Shown here piece by piece: positions 26,055 to 26,910 of a stretch of DNA of 26,910 bases (position 1 is its first letter; every line of letters starts with the position of its first letter). The DNA is from a virus. The notes beneath the pieces were generated by a model that saw only the letters and a program-made list of their open reading frames with translations, was not told where the DNA came from and searched no databases. The stretch is taken from the UHGV virus genome UHGV-0040495; one strand, 5' to 3'. The position numbers and the translations under genes are program-made.

Positions 26055-26795
26055 TTATCTTCCCGGTATTGGCAGCGAGTTATGCACAACGATCGCGTTA
26101 TCCTTGTCGCCGTCTTTCAGTACATCAATTTCGAGCTCAACCTTTTCGGTCGCGGCTTCGCGGTAAGCGGCATCAACGCGCTGCTTGATAATCGCCGCCT
26201 TGGTGTACTCCAGCGACTCAATGCGCGCAGTGTTGCGATGCATGGCTTTCTGCGCCTGAGAGATGAGGTCGTGCAGATCTTTGGCCTGCTCGCTGGCGGC
26301 TGTCTCCAGCTCTGTCTGCCAGCGCCCGATATTCTCTGCCGCTGTCAGGCTCGCCGCTCGCAGCCAGAAAAGCTCATCGTCGAGCGTGAGCATCTGGGCA
26401 TCTTCGGTGATGGCGTCAGAGAGCAGCATCCGGCGGCCATAGCCACCATGCTTTAATGCGTTCTGGTTGCCAGGCTGGAAAGCGTTCGTCGGCGGAGCAG
26501 TGCGCGATCCGCGTATCGGTTTCGTTTCTGGAGATTTTGAGTGGGCGCCTGTGTCGGGCTGGTTTTTTTTCACCTTCCCGTTTTTACTGACCTCGCCTTT
26601 CTCCTTCTGCGAATTCGCAGATTTGTTCGCACTTTTTTTTTGCGAATTCGCACCGTAAGTCGTTACTTTGATATAGCGTTTCGCAGATGAATAATTCAGT
26701 CCCTGCGCTGCGCACCAGTCTTTCGGGGATATTCCTGTTTTGGCATGCTCGGCGAGGAACTGGTGTTGCAGTGCTCCCCAGTCCGGTTTTGCCAT
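26055..26795 (-). CDS. Terminase small subunit
   Basis: 246 aa. First gene of the packaging operon, with a Lys-rich linker and helical C-terminal region. GAGGT/AAGGA Shine-Dalgarno upstream of the ATG. Confidence 0.6.
   Translation of the reverse strand: MAKPDWGALQHQFLAEHAKTGISPKDWCAAQGLNYSSAKRYIKVTTYGANSQKKSANKSANSQKEKGEVSKNGKVKKNQPDTGAHSKSPETKPIRGSRTAPPTNAFQPGNQNALKHGGYGRRMLLSDAITEDAQMLTLDDELFWLRAASLTAAENIGRWQTELETAASEQAKDLHDLISQAQKAMHRNTARIESLEYTKAAIIKQRVDAAYREAATEKVELEIDVLKDGDKDNAIVVHNSLPIPGR
26607..26652. repeat. Pair of GCGAATTCGC palindromes plus a half-site inside the terS coding region; candidate terminase recognition (pac-like) element
   Basis: 14-bp perfect palindrome CTGCGAATTCGCAG (26607-26620), half-site GTTCGCA (26625-26631), and 12-bp palindrome TGCGAATTCGCA (26641-26652). 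Flanked by homopolymers T8 (26565-26572) and T9 (26633-26641). Confidence 0.45.
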
Positions 26796-26910
26796 AGTCC
26801 TTACCTCGTTGTGACATTATCGAGCCACCTATTGAAGTGGCTATGTAATGTCGATCAGCCAATCAGCAGTTCTGGCTGCGTCACCTGCATGATGTGCTCA
26901 TGCTCGAGCT

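Noticed and set aside
26584-26862. Minus-strand ORF of 92 aa overlapping the terS start region
   Set aside because: Alternative frame across the terS 5' end and palindrome cluster; Cys/Arg-rich; terS in its own frame has a good Shine-Dalgarno and fits the packaging-operon order.

Overview
This window is the left part of a prophage integrated at a tRNA-Arg(CCU) gene (argW-type site). It opens with the tRNA (2..76) and a P4-family tyrosine integrase on the + strand, followed by a single long minus-strand morphogenesis operon that runs from terminase (right edge) to tail fibres (next to the integrase). The order is TerS, TerL, portal, head-morphogenesis protein, Nudix-fused scaffold-like protein, capsid proteins, neck proteins, sheath, tube, frameshifted tail-assembly chaperone, tape measure, a P2/Mu-type baseplate module and two tail-fibre genes. 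No lysis, immunity or replication genes and no attR lie in the window; the prophage continues past the right edge. The most unusual items are: (1) a complete Nudix hydrolase domain fused in frame to the N-terminus of the head scaffold-like protein; (2) an AT-rich accessory island between the two tail-fibre genes carrying an overlapping two-gene operon of unknown function plus a divergent small ORF; (3) a lipoprotein moron with its own promoter, palindromic operator-like repeat and terminator; (4) a tailspike with a C-terminal SGNH esterase domain; and (5) a second, glycine-rich fibre sharing the same N-terminal anchor. All functional names rest on motifs read from the translations, gene order and recalled family knowledge; no database search was possible.
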